Origin: Octopus vulgaris | Taxonomy: Eukaryota | Assembly (NCBI GenBank): GCA_951406725.2 | Contig: OX597814.1 | Coordinates: 220,286,001 to 220,350,000 of the forward strand | Direction of reading: 5' to 3' | DNA: 64,000 nt | Shown here: positions 1-14,099 of the stretch, in pieces | Layout: every line of letters starts with the position of its first letter | Numbering within the stretch: the first letter of the stretch is position 1 | The notes under the pieces: model-generated | The model's database searches: none | What the model was told of the DNA's origin: nothing | Seen by the model: only the letters and a program-made list of their open reading frames with translations | Translations under genes and position numbers: made by a program

Positions 1-234
1 AATAATAATAATAATAATAAAATGAAGTGAAACAGAACCTGTGCAAAGGTTTACATTGGGAAAACGATCCTCCCAAAGCACATCATATAACATTTTCCTC
101 TTGCATTCCCTTTCACCTCACACTTGCATCCGACACTTCCTTCTTCTCTCCACACGTTCTTCTCACCAGTAAAAATGGTAAAATGGCAAATGGAACAAAA
201 ATAGATAAACGGTAACAAGAAGAAGAGCACTTAC

Positions 235-365
235 TGTTTACGACAAGGTGAAATGATTTATAAGTTTCCCCGGCAGCATTTTGAGCAAAACACTGGTATT
301 TCCCAGAGTCCATGGAGTTAACATTGTTAATTTTCAGAGTTCCATTGGGAAGAATTCTATGCTTA
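235..365 (-). CDS. sdk: Sidekick-like exon, C-terminal half of Ig4
   Basis: ttttccag|T...AACA|gtaagt, 131 nt, phase 2/1. Translates (S)KHRILPNGTLKINNVNSMDSGKYQCFAQNAAGETYKSFHLVVN, compare Sidekick Ig4 FQCFARNAAGE. Confidence 0.92.
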
Positions 366-606
366 CTGGAAAAAAAGGAGAGAGAAATTGAAAAATGAGT
401 AGAGAGTTTGTAAGATGTGAGAAAATTCTAGAAAATATATATATATACACAAACTTAGTTGAGGCTGTAGAGGAAACAAGGAATAAAATAAGAACAAAAA
501 CAAATAAAAATTAAAATAAAAACTAAATTAAGGCAATGAGAAATCCTATATGGAATAAGTATGCATGCACCATCACATATATACTTATATACACACACAC
601 ACACAC

Positions 607-653
<47 letters not shown>

Positions 654-659
654 TACATT

Positions 660-696
<37 letters not shown>

Positions 697-1200
697 GTTT
701 ATGCACACGCACACTCTTCTGATAAACATAAATGAACTGTGGTCTAGGCTGCATTGAAACACATTCTTATACTATATATATATTTGCACACACACATATA
801 ACCACACATACACACATTTATCAAACTACCACTGTAAAGAGTATAAATTGAAAAACACATCTCTTCAATTGTAAAGTGGTAACAGTACATTATTAAATAA
901 AATTTCTTCTGCCACAATAACAGAATTATTGATGAAATTGCCATCCTTGTAAACAGATCTCACTATTCACATTTTTGGTATGAGTTTGAGATATGAAATT
1001 GAGTGTGGAAATAGAAATGGTATTTATTTGGTTCCTTTCAACACCATTTCCCCATCTTTATATGTGTATTGGCATATTTGAATGTCATCATCACCATCAT
1101 TGTTGTTATTTTAATAACTGTATGTTTATGTCAGTGTCAGTTGGAAATATGCATAACAGAAACACAACAAATTGCGCATGCATACTCATATACATACACC

Positions 1201-1236
<36 letters not shown>

Positions 1237-1749
1237 TAGGTACATACATATATAGGATCAATATCTGCCTGTTTACAGCTGCTGTCACTCTGAAAGAACA
1301 CCTAGGAGATACCTGCTGTGCATGTGATAATGAAATAACTTAATATAAGCAACCCATGTGGATAGCAAAACCAAATGAAAATATCAACAGTCTGCAATAT
1401 GGAATCAGATATTTAGGTGCCTTCATAAGGTGTAATGTGAATACTAAGCCCACCACACACTAACAGTATTTTATGATAAAAAAAAAAAAGGACAAACAAA
1501 AACAGAAATAAAAAATAAAAAATCCGACTAAATGTGCAGGGATTCACCACTCAACTTCTTGAGGAGAAATTAATAATTTGAAAGCATAGCTCAAAACACT
1601 GAGTGAAAAATGCCATTATTGAGAAAGCTACTTTATCAAGCCTATATTAATCACAAATTTACTTGTAACCCACAAGCTGTTTACTGTGAAAGAAAATATC
1701 TTCATAAAAAGGGCCTATTTATTCCCAGGAACACCTTAACTCATTTTGG

Positions 1750-2620
1750 TCTATGATCTGGAATGAAAAGAAGAAGCTTAATCACAATGCATCTAGAGTG
1801 AATTCAATCAGAAAGGCATATTGTACCAACATTTACGGTAAAATACATACCATACACACTCAAGCTTTCACTAAAGCTGTGAGAAAGCTTTATAATGGAA
1901 ACCGTTATAAGATGCAGAGTGTGCATTTAAAAGAACTATGATGGGCCAACTTGACATAGTGAATTGGCTTGCAGAGTATAGAGAAATCTTGTATCCAAGA
2001 ATGAAAATGCCCATTTGACGGAAATTACAGGTTTATCACATAACATGTATGCTTTACACAAATTCTCTTAAGGTAATGTGGCAAAAAAAAAAAAAGAGAG
2101 AGTGTATGGAAGTATCAAAAATACTTTCAATTGATAAAAATGTACTGTCTGACGTAGAAAAAAAAATTGAAAAATCCTTGAAAACTGTATGGATGGCTCG
2201 TTTACAGAATGACATTAATGCTATACTTCATTCATGGTTGATGGAATCATGGCATTTGGAAAGAGTATCTACTGCATTGGTTACTGCTTTTGGATAGCTC
2301 ACAAAGATCTAAACACCCTCAACCTCATAAATGAAAGTACAATAATTTTATCTGACAAAATACATTTTGGCAAAGAAATCTCCCAAAGAGACAGTCCACC
2401 TGTGCTTCTGTTTGTTTTGTCACTAAACCCAGTGGTTGCTTGAGAAATAAGCACTAATTTAACCTATAAGTGTTTTGGTAATGATCTAAGCAATTATACA
2501 GGTAATATTTAGAATACTGACGAACAGCTGCACTAAATAACATTTGCAGCAGATATAGCAGAATTTGCCCAAAGAAATGTTTGCTAATGAAAGCTAAAAG
2601 CAAAAAAGTTATTCCCCAAA
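1750..2620 (+). mobile_element. Degenerate non-LTR retrotransposon RT remnant (R4/Dong-like)
   Basis: Frame-broken motifs WMARLQNDINAILHSWLMES (cf. WIDYKKAFDSVPHSWI) and IHFGKEISQRDSPPVLLFVLSLNP (cf. RGIFQGDSLSPLLFVLxLNP). Confidence 0.65.
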
Positions 2621-2667
2621 CTCAAGACTTCACATCACTAACTCTCTCATTTCTCAGTTTCACAGTT

Positions 2668-2837
2668 TTACTACACTCATGGAGTGGTTGATGTTAGGAA
2701 GGGCATCCAGCTGTAGAAACATTGCCAGATCAGACTGGAGCCTGGTGCAGCCTTCTGGCTTCCCAGATCCCTGGTCGAACCGTCCAACCCATGCTAGCAT
2801 GGAGAACGGACGTTAAACGATGATGATGATGATGATG
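2668..2837 (+). mobile_element. RTE-LINE 3' tail repeat ending in (GAT)n
   Basis: gagtggttg..gttaggaagggcatccagctgtagaaac...caacccatgctagcatgga...gttaaacgatgatgat, a multicopy sequence in this window. Confidence 0.8.
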
Positions 2838-3159
2838 ACATGATGAATACTGCTTTTACACTTTTATTCATTTTAGTCATTGAACTGCAGATATGCTGTG
2901 ACAAGACCTTATATATACATAATATATCTATATATTGTGCTCTACTTAAGAGAACCTATGAAGCCAAGTGCACCTGTGCTGGTGGCATGTAAAGAAAAAA
3001 CAAAATCAATTGGGTCTGACGGAGGCAAATTGACTGAGTTCCTTTCGAGTGTGGGGCCTCACGGAGGCAATGGCCAAGACTGTTGGCATAATGTTGTGCT
3101 TGAGAAGAAGACCCATCAAGCTGAGCAAAACCTTAGTCATGGCAGATACCAGTGTCATG

Positions 3160-3346
3160 CAAATGATGCCGGTGATACATAAAAGCACCCATTACACTCT
3201 CAGAGTGGTTGGTGTTAGAAAAGGCATCCAGCTGTAGAAAACGATGCCAAATCAGACTGGATCCTGGTGCAGCCTTCCAGAGTGTCAGCCCAGTCAAACT
3301 GTCCAACCCATGCCAGCATGGACAACGGACATTAAATGATGATGAT
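3160..3346 (+). mobile_element. RTE-LINE 3' tail repeat
   Basis: Same tail motif and (GAT)n. A further 5'-truncated copy lies at 3621-3697. Confidence 0.75.
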
Positions 3347-3905
3347 ATGTATATATATAAAACTAGCATTTGGCCAAACTATTTCAAAGTTCCTTTTTCA
3401 TTTCAGTGAAAACTTGGTCAATATTTTTTGTTGACCAAGTTTTGACCAATTCAGAGATCCTCTAAGATGAAGAGTGGACTTTGAACACTTTGACTAAGAC
3501 AATAGATGGTCCTGGTGCCTTGGAAATTTCGGAATAGTTTTTCAAACATGAGTTGATTAAAAATGCATGTGCACACACTGTATGCAATACAGCCTGTAGT
3601 ATAAATAAGTATGATGGATTTCTCAGATCCCCGGTCGAACCGTCCAACCCATGCTAGCATGGAGAACGGACGTTAAACGATGATGATGATGATGATGAAG
3701 GCAAATACAGGTGGCAAATTAGTGGTTGCTGAAATATTAAATCACTATGATTTAATTAATTCTTCAACAAATGTAACAGGATCAGATGCAATTAGTGATA
3801 TCAAACAAATGTTATTATCATTAGAAGTTATACTAAGCTGCACATTTAATAGCATTTGCATAATTCTGCATTTTGCACCAAATTTATGCAATTTAATACA
3901 ACATA

Positions 3906-4067
3906 GGTGCAGGAGTGGCTGTGTGGTAAGTAGCTTGCTAACCAGCCACATGGTTCCGGGTTCAGTCCCACTGCGTGGCATCTTGGGCAAGTGTCTTCTG
4001 CTATAGCCCCGGGCCGACCAATGCCTTGTGAGTGGATTTGGTAGACGGAAACTGAAAGAAGCCTGTC

Positions 4068-4115
<48 letters not shown>

Positions 4116-4320
4116 GTGTGTGTGTGTGTATGTGTTTGTCCCCTAGCACTGCTTGACAACCGATGCTGGTGTCTTTACGTCCCCATTACTTAGCGGTTCG
4201 GCAAAAGAGACCGTTAGAATAAGTACTGGGCTTACAAAGAATAAGTCCCGGGGTTGATTTGTTCGACTAAAGGTGGTGCTCCAGCATGGCCGCAGTCAAA
4301 TGACTGAAACAAGTAAAAGA
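3906..4320 (+). mobile_element. tRNA-derived SINE family A (CORE-like, internal TA/TG microsatellite)
   Basis: A-box TGGCTGTGTGG, B-box GGTTCAGTCCC, CORE-like cttgggcaagtgtctt, tail gactgaaacaagtaaaaga. More than ten near-identical copies in the window. Confidence 0.9.
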
Positions 4321-4569
4321 AAAAAGAAAAAAAAGTAAGAAATATAACAAGTGTCTTGAAGCAATTTTCCCAGCTAAAATGCGGGTTAACCCCTGATATT
4401 CTTCTCTATGTTGCCCTATTCTCTACAAACTCCCTCATCGATCTCTTCTTCACATTTCCTCTTTCTCAGCTTTAACCACATCTTCCTCACTTTTTCCCTT
4501 TTTCCTTTTCCTTCCACATTCCTTTCCATTACTCCTCTCATCACGACACATATTTCAACTGCACATGAA

Positions 4570-4830
4570 AATGCATGGCCCAGTAGTTAGGGTGTTGCAC
4601 TCATGATCACCAGATTGTGGCTTCGATTCCCAGACCAGGTAATGCGTTGTGTTCTTGAGCAAAAACGACCATTCTATGTTGCTTCAGTTCACTCAGCTGT
4701 AAAAGAGACATCCAGCGACTGACTGATCTCTCGTTCAGGGGTATGTTGTGATCTTGGTCACTTACACAACGTCGAAACTGGGTAACAGGCCCTATGGGTC
4801 CTAAGACTCAACAAAGTAGTTACGATACAT
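4570..4830 (+). mobile_element. Diverged tRNA-derived SINE
   Basis: tggcccagtagttagggtgttgcactcatgatc...ttcgattcccagacc...gtgttcttgagcaaaa. Related copy at about 47595-47880. Confidence 0.6.
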
Positions 4831-5686
4831 GATTCTGTGCCCCTTATCTCATTTCTCTTCCAAACAAGCATCACTCGTTATATTCTTCTCATTCTCTGCA
4901 ATTCATTGTCTTTCCAATCTATCTGAGTGGACGTGAAAGAGAAAATTGATTATACCTCTAAATACCAAATCATGGCTATTGTTTATATGCTTCCGTTCAA
5001 AGAAATGGAAAATGCACCAGAACAGTTTGCCAATCAACTTTTAGCAAAGCGCCAAGAATTGCAAGGCTAGTTACAAGGCAATTTTGAAGCCTTGCAATTT
5101 TCGTCATCATTGCCATCATCATCATCAACATCAATTATTATTTTTATCATCCACTTTCTATACTTGCAGTGGTTGGGCTTTATTGATGGCAAATTTTCTT
5201 TGGCTAGATGCCATTCCTGTTGCCAACCTTCACTTGCTTCCAAGAAAGGTAATATTTCACCATAGCTAGACTCGCTTTTGCAGAATATTGTAAATGAATG
5301 ACAATACTTGTATGACAGTGATACTCATTTGCAACTATCATGCAATGTCAAGACAAGGGTACAAAGAAACACATTCACACATATAATGGGCTTCTTTCAA
5401 TTTCCATCTATCAAATACACTCACATGGCTTTGGTTGGTCTGGGACTATAGTGAAAGCACTTGCCCAAAGTGTTATGTAGAAGGACTGAATCCGAAGCCA
5501 TTTGGCTGCTAAACAAATTTCTTGACTGCACAGTCACATATGCACCTATGTGTATATTACATAAATGTCAAATTAAAAAGGAAAAAAAATCCTTTGAGTT
5601 GTACAGGTTAGAAATTATGCAAAACATGTAAAGAAACATATTAAGAAATGAAAACAAAGAGAAATGATATTGAATTAAACTACATA

Positions 5687-6133
5687 GGTGTAGGAGTGGC
5701 TGTGTGGTAAGTAGCTTGCTTACGAACTACATGGTTCCGGGTTCAGATCCACCACGTGGAACCTTGGGCAAGTGTCTTCTACTATAGCCTCGGGCCAACC
5801 AAAGCCTTGTGAGTGGATTTGGTAGACGGAAGCTGAAAGAAACCCGTCGCATATATGTATATATGTATATATATATACATACATACATATGTATATGTGT
5901 GTGTGTGTGTATATGTTTGTGTGTCTGTGTTTGTCCCCCTAGCATTGCTTGACAACCGATGCTGGTGTGTTTATGTCCCCGTAACTTAGCAGTTTGGCAA
6001 AAGAGGCCAATAGAATAAGTACTAGGCTAACAAAGAATAAGTCCTGGGGTCGATTTGCTCAACTAAAAGCGGTGCTCCAGCATGGCCACAGTCAAATGAC
6101 TGAAACAAGTAAAAGAAGAAAAGAGTAAAAGAG
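5687..6133 (+). mobile_element. SINE family A, full length
   Basis: Same head, body and tail as 3906-4320. Confidence 0.9.
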
Positions 6134-7439
6134 CACACCAATTGTAATGAACTTATAATATTTCGGGAAAGATTCTTCTTTTCAAATACAAGAAAGAAAA
6201 TAATGAAAGTGATGAGGGAAACATGTTGTTACAGGAAGGCTATTCCAATGCAACAACATATTTATCTGAGTACTTTGACTATTTTCTTTCTTCTATTAGG
6301 GAAGAAGAATCCTTCCTGAAATATTAAGAAATCATTAAACAACCTATGTAAAATAATACAATATCTTTTCTATTTGTGTTCAGTTATTGACATCCTCTTA
6401 CATATCTTGCTTAACTTCTCACCTGTATTGCTGAAAGGGTTTTTAAAAATATTTATATAATTATAAATTGTTTTTTAAATTCCTTATTGTGTGAGTGTAT
6501 ATATAAATAATAACACTTGGTTAAGAAGTTTTGTTTCCCACTCACATGAATTTGAGTTCATCCACATTGTGTGGCACCTTAAACAAGTGTCTTCTACAAT
6601 AGCCCCAGGCCAATCAAAACCTTGTAAGTGGATTTGGTAGATAAGGACCAAAAGAAGCCCATTGCACATGTGTGTAAGTGTGCATACGCTTGTGTAAGTG
6701 TGTGTTTGTAGTTCCTTGCCTTGATACTACACGACAGTTATGAATGTTGTACATGAATGTTTGTTTTCAATATTCTGCAAAAACATGTCAGGTCAAGAGG
6801 AAATATTACTTTGCCAGGAAACAAGAAAGGATTGGCAACAGGATGGACATCTGACACCTGACCACAGATCTGCCTCAATGAAACAAATGCAAACACAGAG
6901 GAGTGGAAGTTAAAATGAGGATGATATAAATGTGTGTGTGTGTGTAATAGGTACAAGTATAACTATAAGCCAATGAATGGCTGTCTTGTTCAGAATTTCA
7001 CTTCAAAACCACATGTTTTCAGGGTCCATCCTATTTTGTGGAATTTGGTAGATAGAAACTGTATGGAATATTGGTATGTGTGTAATGTACATGTGTGTCG
7101 TGGATGCATGCATATACACACGTGTATGTGTGTATATGCAATATTTAACTGTGTCTTCACATTGTCGTTATATGAGCAAAAGTAGTGACAATGTTTATGT
7201 CTTTAGAAAATAAAATGTCTAATCATTCAACAGTTTCAGCTAGTGTTACAGGCTAGTGGAATAAAAAAAAAATGCCTTACTTGAAATACAGTTAAGTGTT
7301 AGCAACAGGAAAGGCATCCAACTGTAGAAAAACTGCTTCATTAACTCTTATCCTAGCTATGATAGCATAGAAGTAAATGGACATGAAAATAATAAAATAA
7401 TAGTAATGATATGTGTGTACTTATTTATGAGTACACACA

Positions 7440-7440
<1 letters not shown>

Positions 7441-7511
<71 letters not shown>

Positions 7512-7570
7512 CATCTATCTATCCATCTATCTATCTATCTAACTATCTATCTATCATCTATCTATCCATC
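7441..7570. repeat. (TCTA)n microsatellite followed by (CA)n
   Basis: Read directly. Confidence 0.95.
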
Positions 7571-8194
7571 CACACACACACACACACACACATTTACAAA
7601 CACATAACCACAAGCATATTCAAATATATATTTACATATATTAATAGATAAAGCTCCTTGAGACAATCAGAATTTAAATAAACATTTTAAAGTGTTTTTC
7701 ACAATTTCACTAGTTAATGGATTTTATTATTTAATATACTTATATTTGCAAACACTTTCCAAATATTGAGTAATGCATAATACTTATCTCAAATAAGTTT
7801 TTAAAAATTCCTTTTGAAATCCTAGATACCATGTTTTGTTTTCAACATATACTGAGTATTGGTGATCTTTGATGGCATTTATTAATTGTTTCCTGAATGT
7901 CCAAGGTTCTGGACCAAGTTGCTGCTGTTGAAAAACTTTAGCTATTTTTGCAATATTCCTTCTGATAGCCAACTAAGTACAGAATTTTTAAAAAGAAATT
8001 TTGTTTTGTATAAAGATAGCCTAAAAGAATATAATTTTATTGAATTTAACCCTTTAGTTACCACATTTCTGCTTTTGTTATAATTAATTTAGAAAATAAG
8101 GAAGGATTTATTAAAATTTTTTTTTTTTTTTTCTGTTTGGAATACAAGTTAACATAAAGTCTCAATTGGAAGGTTTTAACTTAGATCACTTTAA

Positions 8195-8413
8195 CCCTTT
8201 AGTGTTCAGATTATTCAATCAAACATAATGCCTATTGATTCCCATTGATTTGAATTAATCATGCATTATCTCATATCTTCAAGATGTTGATGGTGTAATT
8301 ACTTAATGTAGAATAACATTGTAGGGTAGGTGTGAGAGCCTGGATCTGGTCAATTTGAACATAAAACAGATTAACTATTTTGGCCGGATATGGCCGGTTT
8401 AAATACTAAAGGG
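8195..8413. mobile_element. piggyBac-like MITE
   Basis: TTAA|CCCTTTAGTGTT...AATACTAAAGGG|TTAA: terminal inverted repeats with TTAA target site. Second copy at 35942-36161. Confidence 0.85.
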
Positions 8414-8674
8414 TTAAAATGGGATGTTCATATTATAGAAAAAAGGGTAGTTTAAGACAGGTTGATATCAAAAAGGATATCTTTCTTTTGTGTGTCTAAA
8501 AAGTGTGCTTATGATATACTCCTTTGCAGGTTCATTACTGTTGTTTCCCTAATGTATACCTTACAAGGTTGGTAACTGGTATACTCAAAGCTAACAATGT
8601 GGTGAACCAAGAAATTTTCAATAAATTATAGTCATGATAATGGGGAATAATTAATTAACCTAATGACCAGTTCG

Positions 8675-9083
8675 CTTTTACTCTTTTACTCTTTTACTTG
8701 TTTCAGTCATTTGACTGCGGCCATGCTGGAGCACCGCCTTTAGTCGAGCAACTCGACCCCGGGACTTATTCTTTTTGTAAGCCCAGTACTTATTCTATCG
8801 GTCTCTTTTTGCCGAACAGCTAAGTGACGGGGACGTAAACACACCAGCATCGGTTGTCAAGCAATGCTAGAGGAACAAACATAGACACACAAACACACAC
8901 ACATACATACATACATATATATACATATATACGACAGGCTTCTTTCAGTTTCCGTCTACCAAATCCACTCACAAGGCATTGGTCGGCTCGGGGCTATAGT
9001 AGAAGACACTTGCCCAAGATGCCACGCAGTGGGATTGACCCCGGAACCATGTGGTTGGTTAGCAAGCTACTTACCACACAGTC
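8675..9083 (-). mobile_element. SINE family A
   Basis: Reverse complement of family A consensus, 5' end slightly truncated. Confidence 0.9.
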
Positions 9084-9389
9084 ACAAGACAGAGGAGATA
9101 AACACTGAATTTGAAATCAATCATAAAAAGAATGTAGTGAGTGAGGGATATATTGATTGGAGGTATCCCATGTTTCAGCCTTCTTATATCTCTTCAGTAA
9201 AGCATATACTTCACCAGTACAGCTAAACTAAGTGGATTACAGAGATAACTTTGTGTGTGTATGTGTGCAGATGAGGGAAAGAGAGATTCAGTGTAATTGT
9301 AGATTACTTTCTTTTAATTCATGGTTAATGACTTTATGAGCTGTTAGTATATTTATTAGCATTTTTTGTTTGTTTTTTTTTGTTTTTCC

Positions 9390-9597
9390 AGTTTCAGCTC
9401 TTGAGCTGTGGCCATGCTGGGGCACCGCCATTGTGGTGAAAGAGTACAGCAGGGATCACCACCCCCTGCCGGAGCCTCATAGAGCTTTTAGGTGTTTTCG
9501 CTCAATAAACACACACAACGCCCGGTCTGAGAATCGAAACCGCGATCCTGCGACCGCGAGTCCGCTGCCCTAACCACTAGGCCATTGCGCCTCTACG
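9390..9597 (-). mobile_element. tRNA-derived SINE family C
   Basis: Minus-strand head ggcgcaatggcctagtggttagggcagcggactcgcggtcg...tttcgattc. Second copy at 18843-19006. Confidence 0.8.
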
Positions 9598-10404
9598 TAA
9601 AATCACTTAAAAATTTTTATGAATTAATTTTATTTATTCTTGGAATGGAGGCAATGTTTCTATTTTTTGAATTTAAGATATCTCCTTTAAAATTCCTTCA
9701 TTCACTTTAAATTGAGTGTTCCTTTGATTTTTACAGTTAAATTTATATCTGTTGTTTACTTGTGTTAGTGGAAGAGAAATATACTTTTGTTTGGTAGGCA
9801 CCGTAATAGTACCTAACATTTAATTTTTGTATCCATTATTATTTGCATTTTGTGTCAGATATCTAATTTCATTTCAATATGAATGAGTGTTAGAAGACTT
9901 TTAAAAGTACTTTTGGACAAGTTGTGTATAGTTTACATAGCGCAAAAACAAAAATCCATAAGCTAAGGAAACTTGAAGAAAAATTAGTAAAAGATGTATT
10001 GGTTTACTTTTAATACCACATACATACGCACACACATGCAAGCTTTAACATGTCATAGGAGATTCTCAAAAAGTGTGTTTCTTTTGAATGTCCATATATC
10101 TAGTTACACAAGAAGGAAAAATATTCTCTTTCACTCTTTCTCACCAAATCTCTCAATCAATCTTACCTCATACATCTACCTGTACGTATAGAGTGGCCTG
10201 AAAGTCAGTGAAGGTTGTGCTTTTGTTATTTACTGCATGGAGTTTGGGAGAATACAAAAATATACACATAATAAAAAAAAAAAAAAAAAGGTGTTCAGTG
10301 ACTTCTGAGCCAACACATTTGTGAACCTACACCCACATACAAATATCCATGGATATATTTACAAACACGCATATGTTCACAGTAACTATGTATGTGTGTA
10401 TATG

Positions 10405-10735
<331 letters not shown>

Positions 10736-11754
10736 ACATACACACACATGTATGTATATCTTTCTAGTCAGCATACATTCATATTAGGAGCTTTTGCACT
10801 TTTCATACACATCTTACTAAGATAGGAGATAAAATATGATTGCATATCATTTCTTTACACACGTGTTTGCCTATCAGTTCTTGCGATGTGGTTTTTGCTG
10901 TTTATTAATGCCCTTGCTCCCTTGTATGAAATATGTGATAAGAAATGAAATTGATGAAGAGACTGACTACTATCATACAACAACAACAAAAAAAAAAAAA
11001 AGAGAGAGAGAGAGAAAGAAAGAAAATCTCCAGTATTACATGGGAGCTTATCTATCGATATTAAAATGTAATTATCAACCAAAATATAAAGAAAGCTCAT
11101 GAAAGACTGGAAATATGAATAGGAATACTTTCTCTCCTTTTTCTGTTTCTGATATATTTATAAAAAGGGATTTTGCATCCATTTTTCCACTGAGGATTTT
11201 AAACATGTACATTATGCTACAGATTGCTAGGATAGATATTTCATACTTTGATGCTTCTATCTAATTGCTAAATACTAAAACCACAAGTTAGTTGATCTTT
11301 TTTCCCCTAACCACAGGAGATTCTAGCAGGAAATTAGTGTGCTGCACGTAATTCTGCCAGAAAGTCCAAATACCATTTCTGAAGCTAGGTAAACAGTGAA
11401 AAGGCAGAAGTAAATCTCTAAACAAAGAACTTATAACCCTTAGATTGGTAATTCATTAAACCTGTAGTTCTCAAAGTGACAAATACCAACCCACCCCAAT
11501 ATTAGAGAGAGGTCTCTTGATGCATCCTCTCGCTGTATTTATTTATTAATGAGAAGACAAAATAAATATATTTCTTTATTCATCAAGGTGTTTGACGAGA
11601 ATAAAAGTTGGAGATCATCTTAATTTTATTAAACAAGGCAATTTGTCCACCATCTTCCTTTTCCATCCACACAGCTTTCCCGACCCCAAAAAGGCTCATC
11701 TCTATGAGGAATACTTTAAATGGCATTGCTTTTACTAAAGTGATTAGTAATAGT

Positions 11755-12010
11755 CCATCCATCTAGCCATCCTCTCTGCCCACTATTTCTGGGAAGGTCA
11801 TGGGAGTAGAGTCCTCAGGCACTTCCTCCAAAGTGTCATATCTGCAGCAAATGTCATTAGATTTTTCCAGCTGGATTCCAAAGCATGACCAACTGAGACT
11901 ATGGATCTTATGGAACCACCTTGTTCTTGGTCTACCCCTAGGGGTCTCTCCAGCAGGTTGGTTTGGCTTGAAGAATCCATCTTGTGATTCATTCTTGTGA
12001 CATTCTAATG
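11755..12010 (-). mobile_element. RTE (Rex3/Expander-like) LINE 3' end
   Basis: GETPRGRPRTRWFHKIHSLSWSCFGIQLEK...LWRKCLRTLLP followed by a GGAT-type tail. This is a typical RTE C-terminus. Confidence 0.75.
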
Positions 12011-12027
12011 ACATGTTCATTAGTAGT

Positions 12028-12440
12028 ACTCTTTTACTCTCTTTTACTTGTTTCAGTCATTTGACTGTGGCCATGCTGGAGCACCGCATTTAGTCGAACA
12101 AATCGACCCCGGGACTTATTCTTTGTAAGCCCAGTACTTATTCTATCGGTCTCTTTTGCCGAACCGCTAGGTGACGGGGACGTAAACACACCGGCATCGG
12201 TTGTCAAGCAATGCTAGGAGACAAACACAGACACACAAACATATACATACACATACATATATATATATACATATATACGACAGGCTTCTTTCAGTTTCCG
12301 TCTACCAAATCCACTCACAAGGCTTTGGTCGGCCCGAAGCTATAGCAGAAGACATTTGCCCAAGATGCCACGCAGTGGGACTGAACCCGGAACCATGTGG
12401 CTGGTTAGCAAGCTACTTACTACACAGCCACTCCTGCGCC
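12028..12440 (-). mobile_element. SINE family A, full length
   Basis: Reverse complement of family A consensus. Confidence 0.9.
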
Positions 12441-13442
12441 TAGTATTGAATATTAAAATATAAATTAGTGTGATGGTGGTTGTGGTGGGGAACTATGTCA
12501 GTCGAGATTTACCATTCCTCTAGACATGTATATAGAGGCCTGAGTAAGATTTTTGAGGAAGTCAGGCAGTTGCCCAAGTGTGTAAGTTTCTTTTTTCGAT
12601 GCCACTAATGTTGTCCAAATGGAAGAATGTCGACTTGGACTGATGTCAATTGGTATCGAAGTTATTGCAGGCATGACCGTTAGAAATAAAGAACTGGAAC
12701 AAATGTTCTGGCAATCCATTCCACTGGTTTCTTCATCTTTTTTTTTTTTAATGACCTCTGAGTGGAAAGTTGACCTGAAAGCTGACCTTGGTGGGATCTG
12801 AATTCAAAGAGCAAAGAGTCAGAACAAACACTGCAAGGCATTCTATCCAAAGCTTTAATGACATTGCCAGGTTGCTGCTGTTTTGGAATGAGAGAAACAA
12901 TAGAATCTTGTGGCATTTATTTGGTTACCTACATTTACCTTGTGATTTAAAACAATGCAACCAGATACATTGCTTATCATTCCTTCAGGATCGATAAAAT
13001 AAGTATGAGTTCTTGTACCAGAATAAATTTAATCATCCATACCATTTCCTTACAAATTTGAGGTTTTGTATTACTATAGGAAATCAATATTTACTTATAG
13101 CTATGTCAACATTTACGAAGACGTTATCATTACATCAGCTACTGCAAATGAAAGAAATAAGAAAAGCCCCCTATTGTCTTAAAACCAAAGACACAATGGA
13201 CAACATAGACCTAGGTATACAAAGAAAAGATAGGATGGTCACAAATGGAACAATGCCTTTGATTATAGCTTTGAGTTCTTAAATTTAGAGAGGAGATTAG
13301 CTTTACTGACAGAAGAAAGACAAAAAATAATAGTGGGTCCTACTGATTTTTTAATTGACTGTACAGAAGACATGTGTGTGTGTTTGTGTGTGATTGGGTA
13401 TATAAATATATATATATATGTATGTATTTATATATATATATA

Positions 13443-13860
13443 GGCTGCAGTGAATAAACTGTCGTCTAAATTACACAAGTTGCAGTCTGGGGAGTTACCC
13501 AGCCTGATATTAGGGGTGATGTGGTTGCAGAAATTGTCTGACAGTCATGACTGGGTTCTCCTACTTGTGTGGCATGGTGCAGAGTCCTGAAGCCAGACAT
13601 AGAGTCATCCAGCAGCCACCCTATTAACCCAGGGCAAGAGTACCTCCTCCAGGAACCTGATGGAGGCTTCCGTGTTGAATCTGAGGCCATGTGGGAAGAT
13701 GAATGGAGGCATAACATTGCCATCACTAGTGATCACTCTAAATACCACGATGTTGACTGGATGTTTGATTTTTATCACTCTTGGTACATGTCCAAACACT
13801 CTGAAATGTTCGTATTGGAGCACCCAGTGCAAATACCAAGCAGTACAGCAGGTGGTTTCC
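13443..13860 (-). mobile_element. Tc1/mariner-superfamily transposase remnant (maT/DD37D-like)
   Basis: VFRVITSDGNVMPPFIFPHGLRFN...EEVLLPWV then YVWLQDSAPCHTSRRTQS*LSDNFCNHITPNI, with stops. Confidence 0.8.
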
Positions 13861-13867
13861 AAATTTC

Positions 13868-14099
13868 TTATTTCTTTATTGCCCACAAGGGGCTAAACAC
13901 AGAGGGGACAAACAAGGACAGACAAACGGATTAGTTGATTACACTGACTCCAGTGCATAACTGGTACTTAATTTATCAACCCCGAAAGGATGAAAGCAAA
14001 GTCGACCTTGATGGAATTCGAACTCAGAACGTAAAGACAGATGAAATACCACTAAGCATTTTGCCCGGTGTGCTAACGTTTCTGCCAGCTCACCACCTT
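13868..14099 (-). mobile_element. tRNA-derived SINE family B (Nin-like central domain)
   Basis: ggtggtgagctggcagaaacgttagcac...gagttcgaattcc...gtcgactttgctttcatcctttcggggttgataaattaagtaccag, multicopy in the window. Confidence 0.85.

Noticed and set aside
8854-9226. Recurrent ORFs such as MSSNARGTN...RLPNPLTR...HLPKMPRSGTEPGTMW, looking like a multigene family
   Set aside because: They are antisense readings of SINE family A with no coding signature.
10190-10316. Small Tc1-like MITE (gtggcctgaaagtcagtgaa ... ttcagtgacttctgagccaac)
   Set aside because: The inverted match is short and imperfect and there is only one copy in the window.
12498-12719. 73-aa minus-strand ORF in unique sequence
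   Set aside because: No recognisable domain or convincing splice sites. The ORFs at 32926-33135 and 52793-52990 are rejected on the same grounds.
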